This document shows, one piece after another, positions 10,843 through 24,135 of a stretch of 45,744 nt of DNA. The DNA is from Octopus bimaculoides. Its lineage: Eukaryota. The notes beneath the pieces are model-generated. The model was not told where the DNA came from and did not search any database. It saw only the letters and a program-made list of their open reading frames with translations. The stretch lies in assembly GCF_001194135.2 (NCBI RefSeq), contig NC_068986.1:94366926-94412669 (forward strand). The letters run 5' to 3'. The stretch's first letter is position 1, and each line of letters opens with the position of its first letter. The position numbers were made by a program, and so were the translations under genes.

Positions 10843-11060
10843 GGCGCAGCTGTGTAGTAAGGCGCAGCTGTGTAGTAAGGCGCAGCTGTGTAGTAAGGCG
10901 CAGCTGTGTAGTAAGGCGCAGCTGTGTGTACTTCTCAATCACATGGTTCCGGGTTCAATCTCACTGTGTGACACTTTGGGCAAGTGTTTTCTTCTATAGC
11001 CTCAGGCCGACAAAAGCCTTGTGAGTGGATTTGGGAGAGGGAAACTGAAAGCAGCCCGTC

Positions 11061-11100
<40 letters not shown>

Positions 11101-11285
11101 TTATGTGTGTGTGTCGTTATGTCTGTATTTTCCCACCACCACCACCACCACCACCGCTTCACAACAGGTGTTGGGGGATGTTTACGGCCCTGTAACTTAG
11201 CGGTTCCGCATATAGCGACCGATAGAACAAGTAGCAGGGGGTTTTTTTATGACAAATTCTGGGGTCTATTTGTATGACTGAAACT
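10843..11285 (+). mobile_element. SINE family A with tandemly repeated 5' end
   Basis: GGCGCAGCTGTGTAGTAA occurs at 10843, 10861, 10879, 10897 and partially at 10915, followed by the family A body. Confidence 0.85.
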
Positions 11286-11294
11286 CTTCTGTTT

Positions 11295-11715
11295 GGGGTT
11301 CCTCTGTTTTGGGTTCCTCAGTCAAGCTCTACAGGTCTTCCAGGACCAGGCTCGTCTTCTAAGCTGTAGTTTGCGGCTAGCAATTTCTGGAATCACCGTT
11401 CACACCTGCTTATGTTTATTATCCGATCCCCATGTACCGTATTAATATTCTTTGCACTTTACGTTGCGTTGTTGGCTTTATTGAACTCATAAAGCAAAAT
11501 ATGCTGAATATGCTCCTTTGTCATTTCCATTATAGCATTGTAAAAATAACTATTAAAATGGAACTGCACTCTTCAAAACTTGCACTAAGAATAAGGACAA
11601 GGTAAAATTACTACCTGCTTTTATAACAAGTTGATGCAGGTAGTTTATCCCATTCCCCTCCAACTTTTAGTTCATGTAATTGAAAAAGCCGAATTATTTA
11701 TAGGATGACCCAATA
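11295..11715 (-). mobile_element. 5' end of a mariner transposon (TIR, leader, decayed transposase N-terminus)
   Basis: Minus strand starts TATTGGGTCATCCTATAAATAATTCGGCTTTT. From the ATG at 11530 it reads MEMTKEHIQHILLYEFNKANNAT*SAKNINTVHGDRIINISRCER*FQKLLAANYSLEDEPGPGRPVELD*, the mariner HTH region with the LED..R.GRP-type linker. Confidence 0.85.
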
Positions 11716-12441
11716 CATACACATACACATACACATATATGCGTAGCACACGCATGCATAAGAAACAACACATGCACTACAATACAGAATGAACAGACAA
11801 AACCACAGATGTCACAAAGTAGAAGTTTTTTGTTACATCATCTTTATTTGGTCTATTTTTTCGCTTAATATATTATTTTTTATTTTTCTTTTGTTATTTT
11901 ATTAACCATTTTTTTTACATACTATTAACTTTCATTTCTTTTTCACACGCTAAGCTGCAAAGAATAAAAATCAATTTTAAATTAGACAAAACCAGGCAAA
12001 AAGAAAAAAAAAAACCTTTAAAATATTTTTTACGAAAAAAAATATTCAAAAACTAAAAAGTTACTAATTGCTTAAATTGAAAAGCGATCCCGAAATATTT
12101 TATTTATTAATTAATTATCACATTTTTTTTTCTCTCAAAAATATTATAAAGGATAAAAATGACAATTAAACATTGCAAAAAATTTCATCTTTTAACCATA
12201 AATGTGTTTGAAAGAATTTTAAAAGCATAATTTAGTTTAGAATTATAAGGCAGGGGCGACATAAAAAGGGTTCGGAGAAGGAGTAACAAATTTCATGATT
12301 TTCTCTATTAAGAGGGCGGGAGAATGTGAGGAATATTAAAAAGTGATGGATTGTGTAGTTTGATGTGTTTTTGTGTTTTTCTTTCATTTTCTAATTTGCC
12401 TTTATTTCTTTTTCCTTTTCGGTTTCCTGGTATTCATTATT

Positions 12442-12498
<57 letters not shown>

Positions 12499-13263
12499 GT
12501 CATTATTGTGATTCTTGCTTTCTAAAAACATCATCCCAAGTTTCTGTTAATGTGCTCATTTCTGTGCATTTGTTTGTGTAAGTGCGTGAGCGTAAGTATA
12601 TATGCATATATNNNNNNNNNNNNNNNNNNNNNNNNNNNNNNNNNNNNNNNNNNNNNNNNNNNNNNNNNNNNNNNNNNNNNNNNNNNNNNNNNNNNNNNNN
12701 NNNNNNNNNNNNNNNNNNNNNNNNNNNNNNNNNNNNNNNNNNNNNNNNNNNNNNNNNNNNNNNNNNNNNNNNNNNNNNNNNNNNNNNNNNNNNNNNNNNN
12801 NNNNNNNNNNNNNNNNNNNNNNNNNNNNNNNNNNNNNNNNNNNNNNNNNNNNNNNNNNNNNNNNNNNNNNNNNNNNNNNNNNNNNNNNNNNNNNNNNNNN
12901 NNNNNNNNNNNNNNNNNNNNNNNNNNNNNNNNNNNNNNNNNNNNNNNNNNNNNNNNNNNNNNNNNNNNNNNNNNNNNNNNNNNNNNNNNNNNNNNNNNNN
13001 NNNNNNNNNNNNNNNNNNNNNNNNNNNNNNNNNNNNNNNNNNNNNNNNNNNNNNNNNNNNNNNNNNNNNNNNNNNNNNNNNNNNNNNNNNNNNNNNNNNN
13101 NNNNNNNNNNNNNNNNNNNNNNNNNNNNNNNNNNNNNNNNNNNNNNNNNNNNNNNNNNNNNNNNNNNNNNNNNNNNNNNNNNNNNNNNNNNNNNNNNNNN
13201 NNNNNNNNNNNNNNNNNNNNNNNNNNNNNNNNNNNNNNNNNNNNNNNNNNNNNNNNNNNNNNN

Positions 13264-13302
<39 letters not shown>

Positions 13303-13305
<3 letters not shown>

Positions 13306-13470
13306 TCTTTTGCTCTTTTACACGTTTCAACGTCCGTCTACCAAATCCACTCACAAGGCTTTGGTCGGCCCGAGGCTACGGTAGAAGACGCTTGCCCAGG
13401 GTGCCACGCAGTAGGACTGAACCCGGAACCATGTGGTTCAAAAGCAAGCTTCTTACCACACTCCTGCACA
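13303..13470 (-). mobile_element. Internally deleted SINE family A
   Basis: Head plus CTACCAAATCCACTCACAAGGC region joined to a short tail remnant. Confidence 0.8.
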
Positions 13471-13593
13471 TACATACATATATGAGTGTGTGTGTATGTG
13501 TGTGTGTAAGTGTATATGTATGTGTTAAAGAGTATATATATGAAAGTTAAATATAGATATAGAGTTAAAGAGTATATATAAAGAGTATGTGTG

Positions 13594-13657
<64 letters not shown>

Positions 13658-14030
13658 GAGAGATAATGAGATACCAAATCTATAAATGAACAGGTTGTGA
13701 TAAAAGGAAGAATAACATTGTTTGGTATTGTATGTTTGGTTTAAATTGACAGATGGACGATAAATACGTTAGCTGGCTGGCAGGGTGGTTGGTTGGCTGG
13801 TTTTGAGTGTTTGATTGGAGGGGGTTGGGCTTCACAATTGAATTAAAATTAGATCTCTATACATAAATATACAGTCATGCGCATTTGAGGGTATGTATGG
13901 GTATGTAATAAGTATGAGTTTATTTGAGTGCGCGTATTTGTACGCTGCCATACGTAGTGGACACAAACACATACATACATAGAGGTACACGCACACACAC
14001 ACACACACACACATACAAGCATGCACGTAA

Positions 14031-14070
<40 letters not shown>

Positions 14071-14242
14071 TATATATATGGGCGCAGGTGAGGCTGTGTA
14101 GTAAGAATCTTGCTTCCTAACAGGTGTCTTCTACTATAGCCTCGGACCGACCAAAGCCTTGTGAGTGGATTTGGTTGACGGAAACTAGAAGAAGCTCGNN
14201 NNNNNNNNCACACACACACACACACACACAAATATATATATG

Positions 14243-14361
14243 GGCGCAGGTGAGGCTGTGTAGTAAGAATCTTGCTTCCTAACAGGTGTCTTCTACTATA
14301 GCCTCGGACCGACCAAAGCCTTGTGAGTGGATTTGGTTGACGGAAACTAGAAGAAGCTCGT

Positions 14362-14400
<39 letters not shown>

Positions 14401-14590
14401 TTGTCTGTGTGTCTGTATTTGTCCCTCATCATCGCTTGACAACCGATGTCGGTGTGCTCACGTCCCCGTAAATTAGCGGTTCGGTTAAAGAGCCAGATAG
14501 AATAAGTACCAGGCTTACAAAGAATACGTCCTGGGATCGATTTCTTCGACTAAAGGTGGTGCTCCAACATGGCCACACTCAAATGACTGA
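14243..14590 (+). mobile_element. SINE family A copy (its 5' part appears duplicated at 14081-14188 across a 10-N gap)
   Basis: Homology to other family A copies, with an internal deletion in the head. Confidence 0.85.
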
Positions 14591-15697
14591 AACAAGTAAA
14601 AGAATAAATGCTATGAATATGTATATATTTATGTGGAGGAAAAGTTGATTATATTGATCCTAGCCGGCACTCAGTTGGAGGTTTATTTTATAGAACCCTG
14701 GAGGAATAAAATGCAAAGATGACTTTGGCTGCAATCGATCTCAAGTCATAAAGCAACATAGCTAAATGCCGCAAAGTTAATCCACCCTAACAACAGCAAC
14801 CATATTGATAACCACAGGAGGAGAAATAACTCCACATTTGGTGACAAGCGATTAAGCGATGTCAAAGGTTATAATTTCAAATGTGAGGATGGTAGGCTGA
14901 GATCTGATGTTTCGGTCGTAAAGTCAGTATGGGTGTGATTGGGAATAGTGTGAGGTGATCGGAGGGAGAGGGAGAGGGAGATACAGTGAGGGAGAGAGAA
15001 CATGGGGGTGGTAGTCATTGAAGCGTTTTGTGACAGATTGTAAAGTTTTAAAAGAGAAAGTCTATAGATTGGTGTCTCTTTAGTGAAATACACAGCGGCG
15101 AAGTAAAGATGGACGCAGGGAGGAGAATAAAGGAGATGAGAAAATGAAGGACGGGATAAAGAAAGAAAGAAACAAACAAACAAGGGGAGATTAGACTTCT
15201 AAGGGAGCAGAAAGGTAAGAATAAAGAATGAAAGGGTGATTATAGAAATAAAGAAAACATAAACAGTGGAAAAAAACAAAGGCAACATAAGAAGTAAAAG
15301 AAAGAAATATGAAAATAAAAACAAAAAAAATTTGGAACGACAAAATAGAAATGAATCAAAGCCAGTGGGGAGGAAGCGAGAATATAAGAAAGGAAAAATA
15401 AAATGAAAAGATATGAAACAAAACGGTCAAAGAAACGAATAAGGCCAGATGGTCTTGGGGTTGTTCGATAGAAAAAGAACAAAAAAATTACTAAACATAA
15501 TAGCAAAGCCATCAGGTTGCTTACTCGAGATGTTTACGTAGCAATGGCTTCTGGTCTGTGCCGGGATGATTGTGGTGAGAGGAAACTTTTTTTTGTTTTC
15601 TTGTGAAAGGGGAGGGGAACCGTGAAAATTTGGAGGGTGGGGTGGGGGCTCGTCATAGTTGAATGATTTAACACAATAGAATTTCTCCGATGAGTAC

Positions 15698-15832
15698 GCA
15701 GATAGATAGATAGATAGATAGACGGACAGACAGACGGACTGATGGACGGACGGACGGACGGACGGACGGACGGACGGACGGACTGATGGCCGGATGGATG
15801 GATGGATGGACGGGCAAACAGACAAACAGGTC

Positions 15833-15897
<65 letters not shown>

Positions 15898-15991
15898 ACA
15901 GACGGACGGACGGACGGACTGATGGCCGGATGGATGGATGGATGGACGGGCAAACAGACAAACAGGTCGATAGATAGATAGATAGATAGAT
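15698..15991. repeat. Compound GATA/GACG/GATG tetranucleotide array with an internal higher-order duplication
   Basis: The block GACGGACTGATGGCCGGATGGATGGATGGATGGACGGGCAAACAGACAAACAGGTCGATAG occurs twice. Confidence 0.9.
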
Positions 15992-16784
15992 NNNNNNNNN
16001 NNNNNNNNNNNNNNNNNNNNNNNNNNNNNNNNNNNNNNNNNNNNNNNNNNNNNNNNNNNNNNNNNNNNNNNNNNNNNNNNNNNNNNNNNNNNNNNNNNNN
16101 NNNNNNNNNNNNNNNNNNNNNNNNNNNNNNNNNNNNNNNNNNNNNNNNNNNNNNNNNNNNNNNNNNNNNNNNNNNNNNNNNNNNNNNNNNNNNNNNNNNN
16201 NNNNNNNNNNNNNNNNNNNNNNNNNNNNNNNNNNNNNNNNNNNNNNNNNNNNNNNNNNNNNNNNNNNNNNNNNNNNNNNNNNNNNNNNNNNNNNNNNNNN
16301 NNNNNNNNNNNNNNNNNNNNNNNNNNNNNNNNNNNNNNNNNNNNNNNNNNNNNNNNNNNNNNNNNNNNNNNNNNNNNNNNNNNNNNNNNNNNNNNNNNNN
16401 NNNNNNNNNNNNNNNNNNNNNNNNNNNNNNNNNNNNNNNNNNNNNNNNNNNNNNNNNNNNNNNNNNNNNNNNNNNNNNNNNNNNNNNNNNNNNNNNNNNN
16501 NNNNNNNNNNNNNNNNNNNNNNNNNNNNNNNNNNNNNNNNNNNNNNNNNNNNNNNNNNNNNNNNNNNNNNNNNNNNNNNNNNNNNNNNNNNNNNNNNNNN
16601 NNNNNNNNNNNNNNNNNNNNNNNNNNNNNNNNNNNNNNNNNNNNNNNNNNNNNNNNNNNNNNNNNNNNNNNNNNNNNNNNNNNNNNNNNNNNNNNNNNNN
16701 NNNNNNNNNNNNNNNNNNNNNNNNNNNNNNNNNNNNNNNNNNNNNNNNNNNNNNNNNNNNNNNNNNNNNNNNNNNNNNNNNNNT

Positions 16785-16840
16785 TCTTCTTCTTCTTCTT
16801 CTTCTTCTTCTTCTTCTTCTTCTTCTTCTTCTTCTTCCTT

Positions 16841-16873
<33 letters not shown>

Positions 16874-18025
16874 CTTCTTCTCATTCTTCCTCTTTTTCTT
16901 CTCCTCCTTCTTCTTCTTCTTCTTCTTCTTCTTCTTCTCCTCCTCCTCCTCCTCCTCCTTCTTCATCTTCTTCTTCCATGTCTCCCACCCTTCCCCCTAC
17001 AACATGTGTACTTCCCTTCCAAACAGACCGATAATGTTTTGATAACAGCCTTTCTTTTCGCGGCAACGGGTTGGGCTGTGGAAAATACCATGAAAATTGA
17101 GTACAGGTAAACACCTCGTCATCACCGAAGGCATCGTCATAATTACCACCACCATCATCATCACCATCGTCATCATCATCATTGTCGTCGTAGTTATCGT
17201 TGTAGTCATCATCACCATCATCATCATCACTGTCATCATTGCTAGAGCCATCGTCGTCACTATCAACTTCCCCATCCACCTCATCCTTCTCATCCACCTC
17301 ATCTTCTTCATCCACCCTATCCTCTTCATGCCTTCATCACCATCATTATCATCACCATCAACACCACCACGACAACGACAACGACAACAACAACAACAGC
17401 AGAGNNNNNNNNNNNNNNNNNNNNNNNNNNNNNNNNNNNNNNNNNNNNNNNNNNNNNNNNNNNNNNNNNNNNNNNNNNNNNNNNNNNNNNNNNNNNNNNN
17501 NNNNNNNNNNNNNNNNNNNNNNNNNNNNNNNNNNNNNNNNNNNNNNNNNNNNNNNNNNNNNNNNNNNNNNNNNNNNNNNNNNNNNNNNNNNNNNNNNNNN
17601 NNNNNNNNNNNNNNNNNNNNNNNNNNNNNNNNNNNNNNNNNNNNNNNNNNNNNNNNNNNNNNNNNNNNNNNNNNNNNNNNNNNNNNNNNNNNNNNNNNNN
17701 NNNNNNNNNNNNNNNNNNNNNNNNNNNNNNNNNNNNNNNNNNNNNNNNNNNNNNNNNNNNNNNNNNNNNNNNNNNNNNNNNNNNNAAGAAGAAGGAAGAG
17801 GAGGAGGAGGAGAAGAAGAAGAAGAAGGAAGAGGAGGAAGAGGAGAAGAAGAAGAAGAAGAAGAAGAAGGAAGAGGAGGAGGAGGAGAAGAAGAAGAAGA
17901 AGGAAGAGGAGGAAGAGGAGAAGAAGAAGGAGGAAGAGGAGAAGAAGAGAAGAAGAAGAAGAAGAAGAAGGAAGAGGAGGAGGAGGAGAAGAAGAAGAAG
18001 AAGATGATGATGATGATGATGACGA
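16785..18025. repeat. Trinucleotide arrays (TTC/TCC, CAT/CAC, GAA/GGA, GAT) around a gap, with a short unique island at about 16990-17120
   Basis: Direct inspection. Confidence 0.9.
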
Positions 18026-18419
18026 TACTGCTGCTGTTACTAATCCTGCCACCACTATGCCTAATAAAGAAACACCCTTTACTAAACACCACAGCGAATG
18101 CATTCTACCCTGTTCTACCAACACGCGTTACAGAATTGCTTCACTGTTAATCGATCTCGCTTCCTGTCGCACTCCGAGTTGTCATACTTTGAGAAAAAAA
18201 ATGGGAAACCTCTCATGGCCCGCCTCTCTTTGTTACAAGTGAGTGACTGGCACACTGACATCTCTGTGGTTGATATTATCTGTCACTACCACGTTGGAAA
18301 TGGTGACATCGATTACAACGAAGACAGTGATGTTGACGACGACGACGATGACGATGACGATGAGAATGCTGATGTGAGAAGGAGAAGAATTATAATAATC
18401 AATTTTTTTCCCCCCTTTT

Positions 18420-18812
18420 ACTAGTTTGAGCTCTAGAGGTGCGGCGACGCTGGGGCACTGTTTTAGCTTCGCCTCACTATCAGCACTTGAAACCTTTTTC
18501 TGATATGTAGCATTTGGTAAATGAGGGAACTTGACGTTGCTGCCCAAGTCAGCGTTTTTATCTGAAACTCTTGACGGGTGGAAATCCAGGGTTCGTTTTA
18601 AAGACACCTACATCCAACCCGTGGAAGTCTCTCAGTCTTTTGAGGAAGATATTGGCCGTGGAAGAACAGGCAGTTGTAGTACCTAGTCTTGTATCCTGAT
18701 AGCAATGTTGAGAGTTTGACTCTATGCAGTGGCGCTCTGTTCTGCTTTTTGTAAATCTTTCAAAGCCAAAGTTTGGTACACATCCGTCAAGAATTTTCCA
18801 TATGTACATCAT
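18420..18812 (-). pseudogene. CR1-like LINE ORF2 3' end fragment
   Basis: ORF track MMYIWKILDGCVPNFG...FLKRLRDFHGLDVGVFKT matches the (I)IY.WKIL.G.VPN ... LRDLHG.DV.VFK C-terminal pattern of CR1/L2-group LINEs. Confidence 0.75.
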
Positions 18813-18945
18813 TACATATCTTTCCCGCCTTCGTTCTAGAGAGTAGCCTTAACTTTTTCAGTCTCTTGTGTGGTAGCTCACATATACACGCGCACACACA
18901 CATGCACATATCATGTATATATATGTGTGTGTGTGTGTGTGTGTA

Positions 18946-19235
18946 TACGGGGTCTAATCAATAAGTATCCAGTCTTTTGCTATAATAACGAAGCTAAAGC
19001 ATGCAGAGTGAAGTCCCTAGGCACAGATTGACCTTGAACTCTGCTGTGCATGCGCACTAAGTTTCAACGTTCTAGCTCAATTTCGGTGTTTACAGAAGTA
19101 TTTGGAAGGAAGGTATGTAGCGTGTGATCGTCGCATTGACCATGACAGAGTAAGTTAAGCAGAGAATCTGCATCAAATTTTGCCAATAGCTTGGAGATAC
19201 CTGCTCAATGGTCTACGCAAAGTTTTCAAAACGTC
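18946..19235 (+). mobile_element. 5' end of a mariner transposon (TIR, leader, decayed transposase start)
   Basis: TA-CGGGGTCTAATCAATAAGTATCC TIR. The ATG at 19142 gives MTE*VKQRICIKFCQ*LGDTCSMVYAKFSK (mariner EQR.CIKFC motif). Confidence 0.85.
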
Positions 19236-20072
19236 TTCATCAGTCTCTTACAACTATTTCAATTAATACTCTATAATGAATCCACAAGTAAGTACTCTAT
19301 AATGCATCCAATGGTATATCTTTTTCCCTCTGAAGACATCATGCTCATGTCATATAAATATAAATATAAATTTAACGTTTTAATATAATTTATATTTTAA
19401 TATAATTTAATATTTACTTAATATTTACTGAGTATTAATTGAAACAGTTGTAAGTGAAGATGATTAATTTGTGTTAATAATAAACAATTATTAACTTCCC
19501 AATCTCCATTTTCTTTTTCTTCTTTTATATATATATATACAGTTCTATATTTAAGTGATGAGGAATTAGTAGTACATTACTAGTAGTACTTTATTTCATT
19601 AAATCCGGAATAAGACAAAATCGACCTAGGCAGGATTTGAACCTAGAACACATCAATTTACATGAGGATTCCCATATATTTGTTTATATATGTTTGTATC
19701 TCCGAATTGTACACCTTCAAAAGTGTACAGGCAGGTGCGCACGCGTGTGTGTGTACATGTGTGTGTACGTGAACGTGTGTTTTCGTTTAAGTGTGTCATG
19801 GCTTATTTTTGAGTCATCCGTCTACCTCTATTGTTGATGTTGCAAACATTAGTCTTATAACAGCAGGTTGCGTGGAAGTAATGTGTGTGGCTGTTAACGA
19901 AAGCAGAGCGGATGTGGGTTCAATTCCCACATGGTGTGTACATTATATTTTGCGGGTTAGGGGGTAAGGTAGATACTGTATAGCGACACACGACGCAATA
20001 GAGAGCCGGATTTGATACTTTACACCATCATGAGTACTGCTTACACACAAATATTGTAGATGCATTCATAGA

Positions 20073-20118
<46 letters not shown>

Positions 20119-20638
20119 CACGCAGATATATTCATACACAGGCATATATACACATGCACGCAATCATATAGAAAATCTGTCAACATGATCTCATAGAAGC
20201 ACAGGGATTTATGTATAAATACACACACATATATACACACAAACCTGAATACAAATGTTCGTGCATATGCACAACGAACATAGAAATGTGTATACAAACA
20301 GAAACACAGGTCTATATACAAACACAGATAAAATAAATAAATTTGTATTCAAACATACAATGTATATAAACGTACAGAAACCTCTATATAAACACATACA
20401 TCCACAGATAAAGCTGTTAACAAACATCCGCATAAATGCATATTGATATAAACATACATATATACACACTTATAAAAACACACAAACTTGTATATAGATC
20501 CATAGATAAACACACATATACTCAGATTATTCATATATATGCTCCAGCACCACCGTGGTGCTCCAGCATGACCGTAGCCGCATAGTTGAAACGAGTAAAA
20601 GAATAAAAGAATATACATCCGAACTGACTGATAAATAC

Positions 20639-20686
<48 letters not shown>

Positions 20687-21214
20687 NNNNNNNNNNNNNN
20701 NNNNNNNNNNNNNNNNNNNNNNNNNNNNNNNNNNNNNNNNNNNNNNNNNNNNNNNNNNNNNNNNNNNNNNNNNNNNNNNNNNNNNNNNNNNNNNNNNNNN
20801 NNNNNNNNNNNNNNNNNNNNNNNNNNNNNNNNNNNNNNNNNNNNNNNNNNNNNNNNNNNNNNNNNNNNNNNNNNNNNNNNNNNNNNNNNNNNNNNNNNNN
20901 NNNNNNNNNNNNNNNNNNNNNNNNNNNNNNNNNNNNNNNNNNNNNNNNNNNNNNNNNNNNNNNNNNNNNNNNNNNNNNNNNNNNNNNNNNNNNNNNNNNN
21001 NNNNNNNNNNNNNNNNNNNNNNNNNNNNNNNNNNNNNNNNNNNNNNNNNNNNNNNNNNNNNNNNNNNNNNNNNNNNNNNNNNNNNNNNNNNNNNNNNNNN
21101 NNNNNNNNNNNNNNNNNNNNNNNNNNNNNNNNNNNNNNNNNNNNNNNNNNNNNNNNNNNNNNNNNNNNNNNNNNNNNNNNNNNNNNNNNNNNNNNNNNNN
21201 NNNNNNNNNNNNNN

Positions 21215-21245
<31 letters not shown>

Positions 21246-21959
21246 GCACACACATATATAAATGTATACTGCATATATATAAAGAGATATGTTTATATAC
21301 AAACATGTATATATATATATATATATATATAGACATAAACACATGCATAAATACCCACACAAGAACATTTACACAAACATACACTTTCAGACATAAATTT
21401 GTATGCAAATGCGTACATAACTGTACCGTAAACAACCAGACCCATACAAATAAATAAGCCTCATAAATGTAAACATGCTATGCATAAATACATACCAACA
21501 CACACACACACATAAATAGACACATACACACACACAAATTAAACATGTGCACAAAACACACCCATATATTATCATATACATGAAAACGTACATAAATACG
21601 CACACACGTACTCTCTCGCGCACACACACACACACACACATACACTTAAATAAACACATACAAAACATTCAAAATTGTATACAAACACACATAAACACCC
21701 ACTGATTATTCTATAACACACACACATATATACGCAGACGCACTCAAATACAAACATCGATATACATAAAACGGTACACAGACATTGTTTTAATCTTTTA
21801 AGGGTTTCCACCATCCGATGGTGGCTATACAAATGCAGAACCATGCTACTCACAGGACATTCCAAATACACACATAGACACAGATAAATAATAAACATGT
21901 TTGTTTTATTTCACGGAAACACGCAATTTTATTGAATTTTTCTAATAAATCGAAACGTA

Positions 21960-22185
21960 ACTTTGCTCTTTTACTTGTTTCAGTCATTTGACTGCGGCCA
22001 TGATGGAGCACCGCCTTTAGTCGAGCAAATCGACCCCGGGACGTATTCTTTGTAAGCCTAGTACTTATTCTATCGGTCTCTTTTGCCCAAACACTAAGTG
22101 ACGGGGGCGTAAACATACCAGCATCGGTTGTCAAGCAATGCTAGGGGGACAAACACAGACACACAAACACACACACACACACACA

Positions 22186-22236
<51 letters not shown>

Positions 22237-22385
22237 GCATATATACGACGGACTTCTTTCAGTTTCGTCTACCAAATCCACTCACAAGGCTTTGGTCGGC
22301 CCGAGACTATAGTAGAAGACACTTGCCCAAGATGCCACGCCGTGGGATTGAACCCGGAACCATGTGGTTAGTAGGCAAGCTACTT
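21960..22385 (-). mobile_element. Near full-length SINE family A
   Basis: Complete head, internal (TA/TG)n and tail, homologous to 5961-6367. Confidence 0.9.
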
Positions 22386-22404
22386 ATCACACAGCCACTC
22401 CTGT

Positions 22405-24082
22405 CCCTTTACTGATGTTTTTGTATATATCGACATGTTATTTCACATACTTTTTTGTATAGTTCAGCGACACAATTTAGAAGAAACTTCTAAATAAGAC
22501 GACAGGTAATTTGAGAGCAACTTCTGTATAGGTCGACACACAAATTCACAGTAAAAATTCCAAATTGATCGATACGTAACTGCAGAGAAAATTTCATAGC
22601 TGTTGAAACAATTTCACAGATTTTATTGAGGTCGACACATAATCTATCAGAAACTTATAGGAGTTCAGACGTAATTTCACAGTGATATATATATAAGGTG
22701 ACACGTAATTTTACAGCATTCTTTTTGTTGTTTTTTTATGGAACAACACGTAATTTATCAAAATTTATCTATAAAGGTCGACAAGCAACTTCAAGGCAAC
22801 GTCTACAAAAATCGACAGTTTCACTAAAAATTCCGAATAGGTAGATACGTGACTTCACAAAAGTAGCGACCTGGCAGAAACGTTAGCACGCCGGGCGAAA
22901 TGCTTTGTGGTATATCGTCTGCCGTTACTTTCTAAGTTCAAATTCCACCGAGGTCGACTTTGCTTTTCATCCTTTCGAGGTCGATAAATTGAATACCAGT
23001 TACGCACTGGGGTCGATCTAAACGACTTAATCCCTTTGTCTGTCCTTGTTTGTCCCCTTGTGAGCAATAAAGAAATAAGAAACGTTGGCACGCCGGGTGA
23101 AATGCTTAACGTTTTTTCGTCTGCCGTTACGTTCTAATTTCAAATTCCGCCGAGGTCAACTTTGCCTTTCATCCTGTCGGGGTGGATAAATTAAGCACCA
23201 GTTACATATTGGGGTCGATCTAATCGACTGGCTCTCACTCCAAAAATTTCGGGCTTTGTGCTTAGAGTAGAAAAGATACGTGACTTCACAGAAAATTCTA
23301 CATTGGTCAGAACGTAATTTCTCCGAAAATTCTACATTAGTCGAAACAGATTCACAGAAATAGATCGAAACGTGATGTCACAAAATATAAGTGACCTCAA
23401 CAACTTCTATATAATTCGACTCATAATTTCATAGGAATTTCAGAGAAACTTCCGTATAGTCTGATACGTGATTTTACACAAACTTACATATAGATCGACA
23501 CATAAACTTACAGGAAAGTTTTATAGATATCGAAGCGCAAATTCACAGAAATATTTTCTAAGACAATACATAATTTATCACAAACTATCTATATAGGTTT
23601 ACAGGTAATATCAGGGCATATTCTGCTTAGTCCAACTCACAAATTCACAGAAAATTCCAAAGACGTTGAGTCCTAAAATCACAGAAAATTAGTTGAAACG
23701 TAATTTCACAGAAACGATCGTCAGTGTCGCAACGTAATTCAACAGACAATTTTTATAGAAGTCGGTAAGTAATTTCGCAGCAACATTTTTATAAATCGAC
23801 ACGTAAGATTTCAGAAACTTCTATATAGATTGACACATAATTTCCTAGAAACTTCCATATACGGCGACACGTAATTTCACAGAAGCATTTTATAGGCTGA
23901 CACGTAATTTCATAGAAAATTCTATATACTTATAAAATTCTATATATTGAGACACGTAATTTTACAGAAAGTTTTATATATCGTCAGTACATTGCACGGC
24001 AAATTTTGCAAAGGTCGACACATAATTCCACTGAAAAATTCCAAGTTGTGAATAGGTAATTTCAAAGAAATCTCAATACAGG

Positions 24083-24085
<3 letters not shown>
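22405..24085. repeat. Degenerate ~33-36 bp minisatellite, approximate consensus GTCGACACGTAATTTCACAGAAAATTTCTATATAG
   Basis: GACACGTAATTTCACAGAAA-like motifs recur at about 34-bp spacing; the array is interrupted by a SINE dimer. Confidence 0.85.
22860..23273 (+). mobile_element. SINE family B dimer (tail-X then tail-Y) with 17-bp TSD
   Basis: AGATACGTGACTTCACA at 22843-22859 and 23274-23290. Internal junction AATAAAGAAATAAG|AAACGTTGGCACGCC near 23079. Confidence 0.92.

Positions 24086-24134
<49 letters not shown>

Positions 24135-24135
<1 letters not shown>

Noticed and set aside
14081-14350. Apparent tandem duplication of a SINE 5' half
   Set aside because: The two copies and their flanks are identical across a 10-N gap, typical of an unmerged contig overlap.
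19205-19250. Minus-strand CTGATGA...GAAA
   Set aside because: No stem I complement and a weak stem II; it overlaps the mariner fragment.
22405-24085. CRISPR-like periodicity (also the 18-bp repeat at 10843-10930)
   Set aside because: There are no unique spacers between conserved repeats, no cas genes, and the context is eukaryotic.
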